Shown in pieces: positions 1 through 9,942 of a stretch of 64,000 nucleotides of DNA. Within the stretch, counting starts at the first letter, position 1. The number at the start of each line of letters is the position of its first letter. The notes below the pieces were generated by a model. It did not search any database, was not told the DNA's origin, and worked only from the letters and a program-made list of their open reading frames with translations. Origin of the DNA: a virus. The stretch is taken from positions 9,970 to 73,969 of the IMG/VR virus record IMGVR_UViG_3300029194_000183; one strand, given 5' to 3'. The position numbers and the translations under genes are program-made.

Positions 1-715
1 CATTGTGGAGACTGTTGGCCCGGACGGCTTCTACAACGAATGGGCCGACAGCGGCAACTACTATGTGGATTTCGATATTTCCACGGACCGCATCTACAAG
101 GCCACCGGTGATGACAATGAAAACGGCATGGACACGCTGGTCATCGGCGAGGACTACTGGAATGAGGAAACGCTGGGCAAGCTGACCATCCGTAAGACCG
201 GCAATGCCTTGACAGGAAAGATCGAAACCAACGATTTGATTGACCCCTGGATGACCGGCGAGGCCGATTCCGACTTTGCCTATACACTGCGCCCGCTGGC
301 CGGTGCGGAATACACCATTACGGCTGCCGAGGACATTTACACGCAGGACCGCCAGCTGGATGCCAACGGCAGCCGCACGCTCTGGTATGCCAAGGGCGAC
401 GTGGTAGCGGTTGTTACCACCGGTGATGGCAGTGCAGACACTTCTGTGTTTGCGCCGTCCCGAACCAAGGCAACCTATGATTTTCTGTCGGTCATTCACG
501 ACGGCACGCTCGGCGAGGTCAGTATTACCCTGCCGTTGGGCAGCTACCATGTGGAGGAAACCAAGTCGCCCTATGGGTATGTCGGCACGACAGACAGCTA
601 CGATGTGACCTTTAGAAACTCCCTCGGTACTTTCAGGCATAAACAGGATTCAACGTTGGTCGCAGAGCAAACCACCATATTTAGCGTTTCTATATTTCTT
701 CGCGTCAATATATAG
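1..715 (+). pseudogene. 3'-disrupted fragment of a Cna B-type (SpaA/isopeptide-fold) cell-surface adhesin gene; the ORF enters from upstream of the window
   Basis: Frame is open from the window start. It contains the Cna-B-like motif LPLGSYHVEETKSPYGYVGTTDSYDVTFRN. After that only about 30 aa of non-domain sequence precede a stop, with no LPXTG sorting signal. Confidence 0.5.
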
Positions 716-721
716 TATTCA

Positions 722-880
722 GTCACGAGGACAGGGGTGCCATCAGGAATAAACATCCGTTTGGACACGAGGCAGATTTCCGCCCCTCCCAGGCTTCGGC
801 AATTTAGACACGAGGAAATAAGTGCGGTCGGGAATAAACACCCGTTCAGACACGGAGCAACTGCCCTCTGAAAGTCAAAA
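722..880. repeat. Two imperfect ~50-bp direct repeats at the host/element junction
   Basis: Each repeat reads (ga)cacgagg-N17-ggaataaacaYccgtt-N3-gacacgRgg. Four copies of cacgagg/cacggag lie within 160 bp. Confidence 0.35.
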
Positions 881-957
881 AAAGCAGCCCACCGGGTAGC
901 CTTTCCTTCCTGCTGATCTCTCAGCTCGTTGGAAAGCAACCTGGTGGGCTGCTGCAT
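880..957 (-). terminator. Stem-loop (gcagcccaccgg ... cctggtgggctgc) followed by a T-run on the minus strand
   Basis: A roughly 11-bp GC stem with a long loop, A7 on the plus strand (T7 on the minus strand), immediately downstream of minus-strand gene 1019–1453. Confidence 0.4.
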
Positions 958-1018
958 TTTCTATTCAATTTTCTCTGCGACTACGGAGCCTAGTCGTTTC
1001 TTCTCCAGACTCTCACAG

Positions 1019-1453
1019 TCAAATATTCTCTGACTCAGAAGCCGACTGCGCTGACTCCTGCGTGCTTTCGTTCTCCTTGTCCACCCTTCCCTCGAAAATG
1101 GGAATGGCGCGACACAGGTCGTAATTCACGAGTCTCTGCTGCGGATACTCAACACCCGGCAGCCGGTAGGACCTTGTTCTGTCCCAGCCACAGCTCTGAT
1201 AAATCAGGCGCACAAGATTCTTGCTTTTGATCTCATATCGGTCATCCTGATTTTTCTTCGGAACACGATTGGCCCCCTCTGCGTCCATTCCACACGCTTG
1301 TATTGCAAACATCTGCTTGGTCGGATTGTAGAGGAAGTGATAGAATTCCGGGCGGCCAATAGATTCAAGGGCGCTCCGGAAGACTGTGATACGACCGTCT
1401 GCATATCGAAATGTAATCCCCAGCATATTCTGCTGCCATGTCTTTGCTGGCAC
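1019..1453 (-). CDS. Hypothetical protein, a stand-alone paralog of the serine-recombinase C-terminal domain (possibly DUF4368-like)
   Basis: Segments ITFRYADG...KQMFAIQACGMDAEGANRV...LVRLIYQSCGWDRTRSYRLPGVEY...VNYDL align with the C-terminal region of recombinase 2129–4090 and with ORF 1513–2250. Confidence 0.4.
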   Translation of the reverse strand: MPAKTWQQNMLGITFRYADGRITVFRSALESIGRPEFYHFLYNPTKQMFAIQACGMDAEGANRVPKKNQDDRYEIKSKNLVRLIYQSCGWDRTRSYRLPGVEYPQQRLVNYDLCRAIPIFEGRVDKENESTQESAQSASESENI

Positions 1454-1512
1454 AATTTTTCCTCCTTCCTGAAAAAGGGTAGACTCCCCCCCTTGGTGCT
1501 CAAATTCAATTT

Positions 1513-2250
1513 TTATAGATTTTGCTGTTGTCCGGGCATACCCGTAAGCATTCCAACCGAGACAAAACCATCCATTTGCCTCAGCTCAGACTCTTGGCGA
1601 TGCTGCTCAACAGGCATGCCAAATGTACCCGCGATGTCATCTGGGTAGTAACCCTTCCGAGGATTCACAGGCTGTTCTTCCGTATTCTCTTCGGCCACTG
1701 TCGTAGGTTGTTGATCAGCAGACTGCTTCTTTTTACACTCGTGGAACACCTCGGCCGCCACAAGGTCAAACACATAGAGCGCTTCGCCCTCGAACTCGAT
1801 GCGGTATCCGAGGATCTTATACCGGCAGTCACCGGACCAATCCATTTCCTTATAAAGCAATTCTGAAAATAACCTGCAGGACATTTTCCGACTCTTACGC
1901 TTGTCCGGTTTTGCGATACACCAGCGCAGAGCATCCCTGTCATTTTCATTACAGCCTTTAACTACAAGCCGCTTTAAGTCGCTGTTAAACATGATGTTGA
2001 CGTACACCACATCCTCCAAACCTGCAATGCAGGCCGTGTTGAATGTGATGCTGTCTTTCCTTATTATAATGGCGGGATCTCGAAGATGTGCAAAAAGTTC
2101 CCTCCGGGCGACCTGATAGCCATCATAATCAAAGGTCTGCTCGATCTCCGTTCTCCTCTGTTCCCGCTCCGACATCTGCTCCGCACTCAGTTCCAACGCC
2201 TGCGGATTCTCCATCTCCATTGTCTGCTGATTCGCCATCTCCATGTTCAT
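1513..2250 (-). CDS. Hypothetical protein homologous to the C-terminal extension of the adjacent large serine recombinase; start uncertain
   Basis: SITFNTACIAGLEDVVYVNIMFNSDLKRLVVKGC...RWCIAKP...MDWSGDCRYKILGYRIEFEGEALYVFDL matches LSFNTACLKKFENVEYVELLLNSVNRCIAVRPC...HWGKL...MDWDQDLKYRFRGDFIENDDQKVMLFQLD of the 653-aa recombinase. The ORF overlaps the recombinase 3' end, so the true start is probably an internal Met. Confidence 0.45.
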   Translation of the reverse strand: MNMEMANQQTMEMENPQALELSAEQMSEREQRRTEIEQTFDYDGYQVARRELFAHLRDPAIIIRKDSITFNTACIAGLEDVVYVNIMFNSDLKRLVVKGCNENDRDALRWCIAKPDKRKSRKMSCRLFSELLYKEMDWSGDCRYKILGYRIEFEGEALYVFDLVAAEVFHECKKKQSADQQPTTVAEENTEEQPVNPRKGYYPDDIAGTFGMPVEQHRQESELRQMDGFVSVGMLTGMPGQQQNL

Positions 2251-4090
2251 CTGGTATAGGCCACCCTTCTATTATTTTCTCTGCTTCATGTAAAAGTTCT
2301 TCAAGGTCTTCTGAGGTCAATGTACTGTATTCGGCCAGTTCCTTTGCCGGCCGCAAAACATCCCAGTCAGCCGCATAGTGCCTCTGCTCCAGTAGATTAA
2401 TCTCTCCGATGCTGGTAATCGGTCTTCCAAATGTGTCCTCCCATTCCGGAGGCAAAATGTAAATAATCTGCTTAACTGTCCTCCCTGCGATTTCAGCTCG
2501 GTCATCTGTTTCAGCTTCTTTGGGCGGAAGAACGATGTTCTCCGTCTTTACCATTTCAGGTTCGTCCAGTTGAAACAGCATAACCTTTTGGTCATCATTC
2601 TCGATAAAGTCACCACGGAAACGGTATTTCAGGTCCTGATCCCAATCCATAATGTCAAACAGCGTTTTCGCCAGTCCACGGCACGACTTGGACAGCGCAC
2701 ACCACCGCCCTTCGCGCAGCTTTCCCCAGTGAATTGCATTTGGATTGTTCCCATCACACGGTCGAACAGCAATACACCTGTTCACTGAATTCAACAGCAG
2801 CTCTACATACTCCACATTCTCAAATTTTTTGAGGCAGGCCGTATTAAAGCTCAGTTTTCCATCTGCTATTGTCATCGCAGGGTTTTGCGTAGTAGAGAAA
2901 TACTGAGACCGAACCACCTCATAGCCACGCATGTCTAATCCTGCTTTATATTCAATCTGCCGCGTGTCCTCCAACTCGCTCATAACACTTTCAGATGCCT
3001 TTTGATATTCATCCGTTGAGAATCCGGTCCAGTCTTTATCCAGTGGTACATATCCTCGAAGGATTCCATTGTCAACAACGCTTAGTACAGGCAAGGGCCT
3101 AGCTTTCTTCGCATAGGCACGTGATGCCCGAAGAAAATTTGCTGCTTCATATACAGTTCGAGAAACTATGGCTTCATGATGATTTTTTCTTCTAAACTGC
3201 GTTCTTTCACCATTGTTCTTTTTGGCTTTGTGTGTCAAAAAATTAGGGGTAAATGTCTTCCACGCCCTAATGTCACCACAATGACGTTCATTTGCAACAA
3301 TCTCGGCCAGTGTGCTTGCGCTCCACTCATAACTTCCCTGCTTTGTCTTGCGTTTATAGGCTTTAAGCAATTCTGCAATATCAGAAAATGAAACACCATT
3401 CAAGTAAAGATAGTAGATTGCTTTTACAGTTTCAGCTTCGTCCTCATTGACGATAAGGTCACCATCTTCGTCCCGGTCATAGCCAAGCAGCTCTGGTGTT
3501 AAAAACAGTCCCTTCCTAAACCGGCGTTCAATCGACCAGTTCATAATGACCGATTTTGAATGGGATTCTTCTTCAGCAACCGAGGCCAAAATCGTCAAGA
3601 TCATTCGTCCATTATTGTCAAGCGTATAAATGTTGTCTGCTTCAAACTGAACACCTACAGGCGGTTCAAGGTTTTTCAGAAGGTCAATAACAGAAAGGCA
3701 ATCAACGATGTTTCTTGCAAATCGAGCAATCGACTTGGTCATGATCAAATCTATTTTCCCGGCTTTACAATCCTCAATCATCTGGAGCATGCCTTTTCGG
3801 TGTGCAATAGATGTTCCGCTTATACCTTCATCTGCATAGATTCCAACAAGTTCCCATCCAGGATGTCCTGTAATGTACTCAGCATAATAATTCTTTTGAA
3901 GTTCATAAGAAGATGTCTGTTCGTCATTATCCGTTGAGACCCGAACATAGGCCGCCACACGGCGAATTCCACCGCTCTCCATAAAATCCGCAGTAGGCTT
4001 TGCAGGGATTATTTCGATTTCAGACGCATCCGTGCCTTTATATTTATCACGGATTTTCTGCTTACGGTCTTGTCCACTGTTTTCTTTCAC
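2129..4090 (-). CDS. Large serine recombinase (resolvase catalytic domain, recombinase domain, Zn-ribbon, C-terminal extension)
   Basis: RRVAAYVRVSTDNDEQTSSYELQ...KSIARFARN...ESHSKS motifs. 653 aa. Confidence 0.9.
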   Translation of the reverse strand: MKENSGQDRKQKIRDKYKGTDASEIEIIPAKPTADFMESGGIRRVAAYVRVSTDNDEQTSSYELQKNYYAEYITGHPGWELVGIYADEGISGTSIAHRKGMLQMIEDCKAGKIDLIMTKSIARFARNIVDCLSVIDLLKNLEPPVGVQFEADNIYTLDNNGRMILTILASVAEEESHSKSVIMNWSIERRFRKGLFLTPELLGYDRDEDGDLIVNEDEAETVKAIYYLYLNGVSFSDIAELLKAYKRKTKQGSYEWSASTLAEIVANERHCGDIRAWKTFTPNFLTHKAKKNNGERTQFRRKNHHEAIVSRTVYEAANFLRASRAYAKKARPLPVLSVVDNGILRGYVPLDKDWTGFSTDEYQKASESVMSELEDTRQIEYKAGLDMRGYEVVRSQYFSTTQNPAMTIADGKLSFNTACLKKFENVEYVELLLNSVNRCIAVRPCDGNNPNAIHWGKLREGRWCALSKSCRGLAKTLFDIMDWDQDLKYRFRGDFIENDDQKVMLFQLDEPEMVKTENIVLPPKEAETDDRAEIAGRTVKQIIYILPPEWEDTFGRPITSIGEINLLEQRHYAADWDVLRPAKELAEYSTLTSEDLEELLHEAEKIIEGWPIPDEHGDGESADNGDGESAGVGTECGADVGAGTEENGDRADL

Positions 4091-4099
4091 GGTTTCACC

Positions 4100-5071
4100 T
4101 TATTCCCTGAGCGTCCAGTACCACTGGCGCATTTTTCTATAGCTTTGTATTCCCAGCACATGTTTTGTCTCAGCTATGGTTCTGCGACTTATTCCAGCTT
4201 CTCCAAGCCTTTCATAGATTTCTTTTGATGCCATATCACCTTTTACAAGATACTGCTTCAAAAGAGCGCAAGCCATTTCTGTTTTTGTCTTATACTCCAA
4301 AGTCTGCACTTCTTGTTTTTCATCGCAGCTTTCAGATATGGAATCCAGCCATTGGAACCCGTAATCCTCTGTTATCGAGAAACTGATTTTAGACCCATCT
4401 GGTCCTAAGCTGTTTTTTATCTGGTGAACGACACGGATATCCATGTTTTCTGCATCGCGCTCAATCTGCAACACACTTCTTGCAGCCGCCACCACGTCAA
4501 TGCTTCCAAGGCTTCTATACAAGCCTTTTATGCCTTCCTTTTTGTTCAAGTGCCCTATCAGCACAATGGCGCAATCATAGGTAGCCGCCCACATTCCAAG
4601 GTGCTGCATCAGCCGCCTTGCTTTTCCAGCAATCTGCAAATCGGAGTCACTGGAGAGGTATGCTTGAATTGGGTCAATCACAACAAGCCTCGGTCGAAAC
4701 GCAACGATTGCATCCCTAATGCGTTCATCATCGAGTGTCAGCCCACTGTTGACTTCTTCATTGATAAATGCCACTTTGCTGCAGTCAGCCCCCTGTTCTT
4801 CCAGCCTGGGTTTTATCGTATCTGCGACCCCATCTTCCGAGCATTGGTAGATAACCCTCTGTGGTTGCTCCAATAATTTACCGTCAGGAAAGGTACCTCC
4901 TGTGGTTATTTCAGCAATCAGGTTCATCATCATTGTGGACTTGCCATCACCGGGGTCTCCCTGTAGCAAGGTTATTTTTCCAATTGCAATATATGGATAC
5001 CAGAGCCAGCGAACTGGCGATGATTCGACCTCACTATACAGCGTCAAAAGTCCTTCTTGCACTCGTCCCAA
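4100..5071 (-). CDS. RecA-like/AAA_25-type P-loop ATPase with C-terminal HTH
   Basis: Walker A LLQGDPGDGKST; Walker B-like LVVIDPIQ; C-terminal ASKEIYERLGEAGISRRTIAETKHVLGI. The start is a non-ATG codon. Confidence 0.6.
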   Translation of the reverse strand: MGRVQEGLLTLYSEVESSPVRWLWYPYIAIGKITLLQGDPGDGKSTMMMNLIAEITTGGTFPDGKLLEQPQRVIYQCSEDGVADTIKPRLEEQGADCSKVAFINEEVNSGLTLDDERIRDAIVAFRPRLVVIDPIQAYLSSDSDLQIAGKARRLMQHLGMWAATYDCAIVLIGHLNKKEGIKGLYRSLGSIDVVAAARSVLQIERDAENMDIRVVHQIKNSLGPDGSKISFSITEDYGFQWLDSISESCDEKQEVQTLEYKTKTEMACALLKQYLVKGDMASKEIYERLGEAGISRRTIAETKHVLGIQSYRKMRQWYWTLRE

Positions 5072-5129
5072 TCCCCCGTTCCCGCATTGTATAACCCTTA
5101 GAGTTCTTCAGTTTTATTATACATCTGCA

Positions 5130-5200
5130 CTGGCGAGTTGACTGTCAAGCAGTAGACGACACGTTTTTCTAAATGTCAACTACTGCTTGACATTTGATAG
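5130..5200. promoter_or_regulatory. Imperfect inverted repeat (TTGACtGTCAAGCAGTAG ... CTACTGCTTGACAttTGA) between divergent operons; candidate operator with -35-like TTGACA boxes
   Basis: An 18-bp arm pair centred between the minus-strand ATPase/recombinase operon and the plus-strand XRE gene. A TATAAT sits on the minus strand at about 5108–5113. Confidence 0.3.
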
Positions 5201-5329
5201 AAAATATTCTCTAAGGATGCAACACCGTAAGGGGAGGAAGGTTGCATCCTTACCGCATTAATTTGCTATGTGTTTTGTTCGGCGCAATAATTGTCTTGTT
5301 CTTATGCGGGCCAGTTTGGAGGTAAAGCC

Positions 5330-5671
5330 ATGCCTATAGACTACCCTGCGCTCGGAAAACGTATAGCGTTTTTTCGGAACCAGTCTCACCTCACGCAAGA
5401 AGACTTTGCATACGAGGTTCATCTTTCCCGTCAATACATCAGTCAGCTCGAAACCGCTGCCTGCCGACCAAGTCTTGAAACAATCGTAGAGATTACAAAC
5501 ACTCTCGGCGTTTCTACAGATGACTTGCTTGTCGATAGTCTGACCCACTCCGTTTCCACAGCAGACACCGAAGTTCATCGGCTTCTGATTGACTGCAACG
5601 AACTCGAAGCTGAAATTCTCACTCGTACCTTGAAAGAATTACGCGCCATCCTTTACAGCCTCGGCGTATAA
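5330..5671 (+). CDS. XRE-family HTH transcriptional regulator
   Basis: LGKRIAFFRNQSHLTQEDFAYEVHLSRQYISQLETAACRPSLETIVEITNTLGVSTDDLL is a classic HTH_3 helix-turn-helix. RBS GGAGG lies before ATG 5330. Confidence 0.75.
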   Translation: MPIDYPALGKRIAFFRNQSHLTQEDFAYEVHLSRQYISQLETAACRPSLETIVEITNTLGVSTDDLLVDSLTHSVSTADTEVHRLLIDCNELEAEILTRTLKELRAILYSLGV

Positions 5672-5757
5672 ACAAAAATTGCCCGCATAAGCCACCGCTG
5701 CACCTTCTTTTCCAGAGGGTGCTTCTGTGGTCTATGCAGGCTGTATGTAACCAAGGT

Positions 5758-6126
5758 CTACCTTTTAGTTGAAGTCCAGCAATCGTACAGGAAATCTAAC
5801 AGCCCTGTGGCTACTGTTTGAACTGTAACCGATCCGTTCACCGACTTAAGCTGGGCCTCCATTGTCTGCCATAATTCTGGCGCAAGCTCAGTTTTCTGGC
5901 CTACTGCTCCCAGAGCGTATTCTACCGAATCGTTCACCAAACCAGACAGGGTTCTCCCATCGACCGTCACTGCCCCTCTCTCCAAGCTTATCACTGCATC
6001 CATTTTCTTTTTCGCGTCGGACCATGGCAAATTCATCAAGTAAACTTTGATTGCTGCGGCAACTACCACTTCTGGCCCAGTCAATCCATAGGATTCAATA
6101 TGTACCTGTTCAAGTTCATGCTTCAT
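5758..6126 (-). CDS. Hypothetical protein
   Basis: RBS GGGAGG precedes ATG (MKHELEQ...). No recognisable domain. Confidence 0.4.
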   Translation of the reverse strand: MKHELEQVHIESYGLTGPEVVVAAAIKVYLMNLPWSDAKKKMDAVISLERGAVTVDGRTLSGLVNDSVEYALGAVGQKTELAPELWQTMEAQLKSVNGSVTVQTVATGLLDFLYDCWTSTKR

Positions 6127-6206
6127 ACAAGTTCCTCCCAATCGTGTGTCTCTGGCACCCAGCATAAAGCAAAACTCTATACATAGCAATCCCATCCAAA
6201 ACAAAA

Positions 6207-6277
6207 AGGCCCACCGGGTCACCATCTTCTTTTGCTTATTCGCAAAGCTAGAAAGTGACCCGGTGGGCTGTATCAGT
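6207..6277 (-). terminator. Stem-loop ggcccaccgggtcac ... gtgacccggtgggcc followed by a T-run on the minus strand
   Basis: Roughly 15-bp inverted repeat arms; the minus strand reads ...gtgggcctttttgttttgg. Located just downstream of recombinase gene 6273–7487. Confidence 0.45.
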
Positions 6278-7487
6278 TTTTCTCAACTTCAATATGGTCT
6301 GGATATACCAGTACCTTCGATACTTCCTTTTCAAACCGTTCCTGATCCATGTTCAGCCACTCAAGTTCTCGCAGGATTGCATCGATAAGTTCTTCTTCCT
6401 TAATAAAGCGGTTGCCGCATCGCTCATTGCCTTTTCCTTTTTGCCGGTTTCGGCAGTTCCACGCTTTATAGGTGCTTTGCGTCTTGAAACCGCCAGCAGC
6501 TTTCAAAGTCCGGCGCAAAAAGGGAGTACCACATTCTCCACAGAATACTTTGCCGTAGAGGAAGTGATGCTCCCTGTTCGTTTTATGAATACCGACCTTT
6601 GCCAGTTCTTTTCGTTTTTCCAGAATTTCCTGTGCCTTATCCCATGTCTCCCGATCTATGATTGCTTCATGGTCATCCCACAGATAATTGGATTCCACCT
6701 TCTGATTCGGATTGGGCTTCTTGGTCAGGTAGTCCAACGGAGCTTTCTTCTGCAACCGCTTGTCACCCACATAGGTTTCATTTGAAACCATGTACCGGAG
6801 AGTTTCTACTCCAAACCCCTTTTTACTGTGCAACGATTGAGCCCCCAGCTCTTCCAAACCTTTAGCGATTTGCCTATAGCTCTCGCCTTCGATGAATCTG
6901 CGGAATACTTCCTTTACAATCCAAGCGTCCTTGTTGGGAACCAGCTCGCCATCCACACAGTCGTAGCCGAGAATACGATTATTGCCGAGATTGTACTCAC
7001 CTCGTGCAAATCGGCTTGCATAAGCAGCCTTTTCATTTTCACTGATAGAATGACTTTCATCCTGTGCCACTGCTGCCAAGATGGATAGGACGAAATCACA
7101 GGTTGGATCATCTGTGCGGATATTTTGTTCCTCAAAAATGATTGTAACCCCCAGCGTTCTAAACCATTTGGCATACTGCTGGCAATCCACCATGTTCCGA
7201 GAAAACCGGGAAATACTCTTGCAAATGATAATATCCAGCTTCTTGGCTTCGGCGGCCGCCGCCATTTCCTGAAAGCCCGGTCGATTTTTCACTCGTGTAG
7301 CAGAATGCCGGTCAGCATATACCTTAACCAGTTCCCAGTCGGGATGACTTTGGATCAGCTCCTCGTAATACTTCTGCTGAGTTTCAAAGCTTTCATCCTG
7401 CTCGTTGCGAAAAGTGCTGACACGGCAATACGCGGCCACACGTTTCTTTGCCACTGGGATTTTTGGCATTACCTTTTTAATAATCAT
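6273..7487 (-). CDS. Serine recombinase (third gene of the tandem triplet)
   Basis: KKRVAAYCRVSTFRNEQDESFETQ...KSISRFSRN...DESHSIS plus a C-terminal Cys-rich Zn-ribbon (CGECGTPF...CRNRQ). Confidence 0.9.
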   Translation of the reverse strand: MIIKKVMPKIPVAKKRVAAYCRVSTFRNEQDESFETQQKYYEELIQSHPDWELVKVYADRHSATRVKNRPGFQEMAAAAEAKKLDIIICKSISRFSRNMVDCQQYAKWFRTLGVTIIFEEQNIRTDDPTCDFVLSILAAVAQDESHSISENEKAAYASRFARGEYNLGNNRILGYDCVDGELVPNKDAWIVKEVFRRFIEGESYRQIAKGLEELGAQSLHSKKGFGVETLRYMVSNETYVGDKRLQKKAPLDYLTKKPNPNQKVESNYLWDDHEAIIDRETWDKAQEILEKRKELAKVGIHKTNREHHFLYGKVFCGECGTPFLRRTLKAAGGFKTQSTYKAWNCRNRQKGKGNERCGNRFIKEEELIDAILRELEWLNMDQERFEKEVSKVLVYPDHIEVEKN

Positions 7488-8988
7488 TTGCTGCTACTCC
7501 ATTCTCCTTGGCACGGAGGTTCTTTGCCGTCTGCATGGCAGCATTACGCTGTGCCTCCCGCGTATTCACTGACTTCTTATCAGCCCGCACCACGCTCACC
7601 GGCTTGTTCTCGCTCCGCTGCGCACGGTCCAGCGAGTTCCGATAAAGCTCTGCCACATGGGTCGGTTCCTCAACCTTGGATGCATTCAAAGCAACCTCGC
7701 TCTCCAGACCACATTTCCAGAACACCCGCATGGTGTCCTGTTTAAATTCAATGTGCCCCACCAAGTCATCCAGCCAGTAATACTGGACGGTGTCCAGTTT
7801 CGGGCTCTCTGCCTTGATTTCCAGCATCCTCTGCATAGCTACCGTCCGCTTCTTTTCCTTGATTTCAAGGGTGTTGTAGGCTTCCAGCAGGGCAGCATCC
7901 ACAAGATACCCTTTGACCGCATACCCACGGCAGCCGTCCACATCAAAGCAGCCAAGGATGCGCTTGTGGCTGTTCACTTTCATGACCCTCGGAATCATCT
8001 TCTTCCCACACAGCGGGCAGACAATGTTTGTATCGAAGTAGGGATACCGGCTGTACTCCCCATGCGGAGATTTCAGTTCCATAATGCGCTGTACCTGCTG
8101 GTAGGTATGGCGGTCGATAATAGGAACATGGTGGTTCCTGACGTTGTAGACCGGAATCACAGTCGAGTCGTTCCGGACACTCCTATGGGAAATATGGTCA
8201 ACACTGACCCATTTCTGAAGCCGCATATCACCAATGTACTTCTCGTTCTCAAGGAGATACTTAAGGGCGGTCTTGTTCCACGTCTGCTTGCCCCTTGCGG
8301 AAGGAGCCTGTATAAAGGTCAGCTCATCCAGAATGTCCGTCATGGGGATGCCGTACTGGTACATTTTGAAAATCATCCGCACAATGGCAGCTTCGTCCGG
8401 TTCAATGACAATTTCACCGTCCTTGGTCTTCCGATAGCCATAGGTCTTGGTCCAGCGCGACTCACCACTTTCAAACCGCTTGCGAATGCCCCATTTCAGG
8501 TTTTCGGAGATGGAACGGCTTTCCTCCTGTGCAAAAGCCGCCATGACCGTCAGAATCAGTTCGGACACCGACGTTGCCGTATCCAGTCCTTCCTTTTCAA
8601 AGTAAAGCTGGACACCGATGCTCTGAAGATGGCGCACATAGGACAGACATTCGACCGTGTTGCGGGCAAATCGAGAGATACTTTTTGCCATGATATAATC
8701 GACCTTGCCTGCCTCGCAATCCTCCATCATCCGCAAGAACTCTTTACGCTTTTTCACGCTGGTTCCGCTGATGCCCTCATCGGCGTAGACATCCACCAGC
8801 ATCCAGCCAGGGTGCTGGGCAATCTTAGCGCGGAAGGCTTTCATCTGCTCCTCCAAGCTGTGGAGCTGAATCTCCTGGTCCGTGCTGACACGGGCATAGA
8901 CTGCAACGCGGACTGTTTTCAAGGTGCTAAGTGCCTGAAAGCCAAGCTTCTGTACCCCAGTGTCTACCTTTTCTACTGTAATTTCCAT
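7477..8988 (-). CDS. Serine recombinase (second gene of the tandem triplet)
   Basis: VRVAVYARVSTDQEIQLHSLEEQ...KSISRFARN...ESRSIS plus Zn-ribbon CPLCGKK...GCFDVDGC. The stop overlaps the start of 6273–7487. Confidence 0.9.
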   Translation of the reverse strand: MEITVEKVDTGVQKLGFQALSTLKTVRVAVYARVSTDQEIQLHSLEEQMKAFRAKIAQHPGWMLVDVYADEGISGTSVKKRKEFLRMMEDCEAGKVDYIMAKSISRFARNTVECLSYVRHLQSIGVQLYFEKEGLDTATSVSELILTVMAAFAQEESRSISENLKWGIRKRFESGESRWTKTYGYRKTKDGEIVIEPDEAAIVRMIFKMYQYGIPMTDILDELTFIQAPSARGKQTWNKTALKYLLENEKYIGDMRLQKWVSVDHISHRSVRNDSTVIPVYNVRNHHVPIIDRHTYQQVQRIMELKSPHGEYSRYPYFDTNIVCPLCGKKMIPRVMKVNSHKRILGCFDVDGCRGYAVKGYLVDAALLEAYNTLEIKEKKRTVAMQRMLEIKAESPKLDTVQYYWLDDLVGHIEFKQDTMRVFWKCGLESEVALNASKVEEPTHVAELYRNSLDRAQRSENKPVSVVRADKKSVNTREAQRNAAMQTAKNLRAKENGVAANDY

Positions 8989-9000
8989 GTACTTTTCTCC

Positions 9001-9942
9001 TTATTGCCATTTGGGGTCGCTCAGGACCTTCTGCTGTTCATCATTGTATTTTTTTCGTCCGGAGTGGAGCAAGCCCATCTGAATCATGGTCTGCACACGC
9101 TCGAACTGTTCTCTGCTGACAATGCCTTCATGATGGTCCTCCAGATGAACTTGGGCGCGTTCTCCCCTGTTCCGCTTGCTGTATCGGTGGCCGTTCTTGC
9201 CGTAGGCCGTGTAGTAGCAATCCGTCCAGTAATCCCCCATGTATGCGACATTTTTCAGCATATTGGGTAGTCGATTTCGATTCTGAGACCATGACACACC
9301 GGTATTTTCCTCATCCTCCATCTTATCCAAGCAAGCTCGGATATCTGCGTAGCAGACTCCTTTTGCCGCTTGGTCAAAGGCATAGCGGACACGGCGGGCC
9401 TCGGATTCTTCAATTCTCCATTCACCCTGCTTGTTGACCCTGCGAAAGCCGTAGGTCACACGGCCGGTCGGAATGCCCTGGTCATGGAGATAGGCGATGC
9501 CTGCTCGAACATTCTCACCGATGCTCTTGGACTCCTCCTCGGCAATGATGGCAAGGATGTGGAAGAACAGCTCGCTCTGGCCATTCATCGTGTTAATGCC
9601 CTCTTTTTCAAAAATGACCGGGATGCCCAGCTCTTTCAGCCTACGCACCACGGTCACACAGTCAAGCATATTTCGGGAGAAACGGGAGATGGACTTGGTA
9701 TAGATGATGTCGATTTTGCCATCCATGCAATCTTGAATCATCTGTCGGAATTCCGGCCGACCCTGCGTACTGCGTCCGCTGCCTTCATCCGCATAGACCT
9801 TTACGAGTTCCTCATCGGGGTTATTGGAGAGCAGCTCTGTGAAGTAGCTTTTCTGAATCTCATAGGAACCTTCCTGACACTCCATGCCGGTGCTGACTCT
9901 GCAATAGGCCGCCGCCCTTTTCTGTTTCACTACAATTTCCAT
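9001..9942 (-). CDS. Serine recombinase (first gene of the triplet; shorter, lacks an obvious Zn-ribbon)
   Basis: MEIVVKQKRAAAYCRVSTGMECQEGSYEIQ...KSISRFSRN...ESKSIG. A strong RBS AAGGAGG lies 8 nt before ATG 9942. The longer ORF start at 10023 has no RBS. Confidence 0.85.
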   Translation of the reverse strand: MEIVVKQKRAAAYCRVSTGMECQEGSYEIQKSYFTELLSNNPDEELVKVYADEGSGRSTQGRPEFRQMIQDCMDGKIDIIYTKSISRFSRNMLDCVTVVRRLKELGIPVIFEKEGINTMNGQSELFFHILAIIAEEESKSIGENVRAGIAYLHDQGIPTGRVTYGFRRVNKQGEWRIEESEARRVRYAFDQAAKGVCYADIRACLDKMEDEENTGVSWSQNRNRLPNMLKNVAYMGDYWTDCYYTAYGKNGHRYSKRNRGERAQVHLEDHHEGIVSREQFERVQTMIQMGLLHSGRKKYNDEQQKVLSDPKWQ

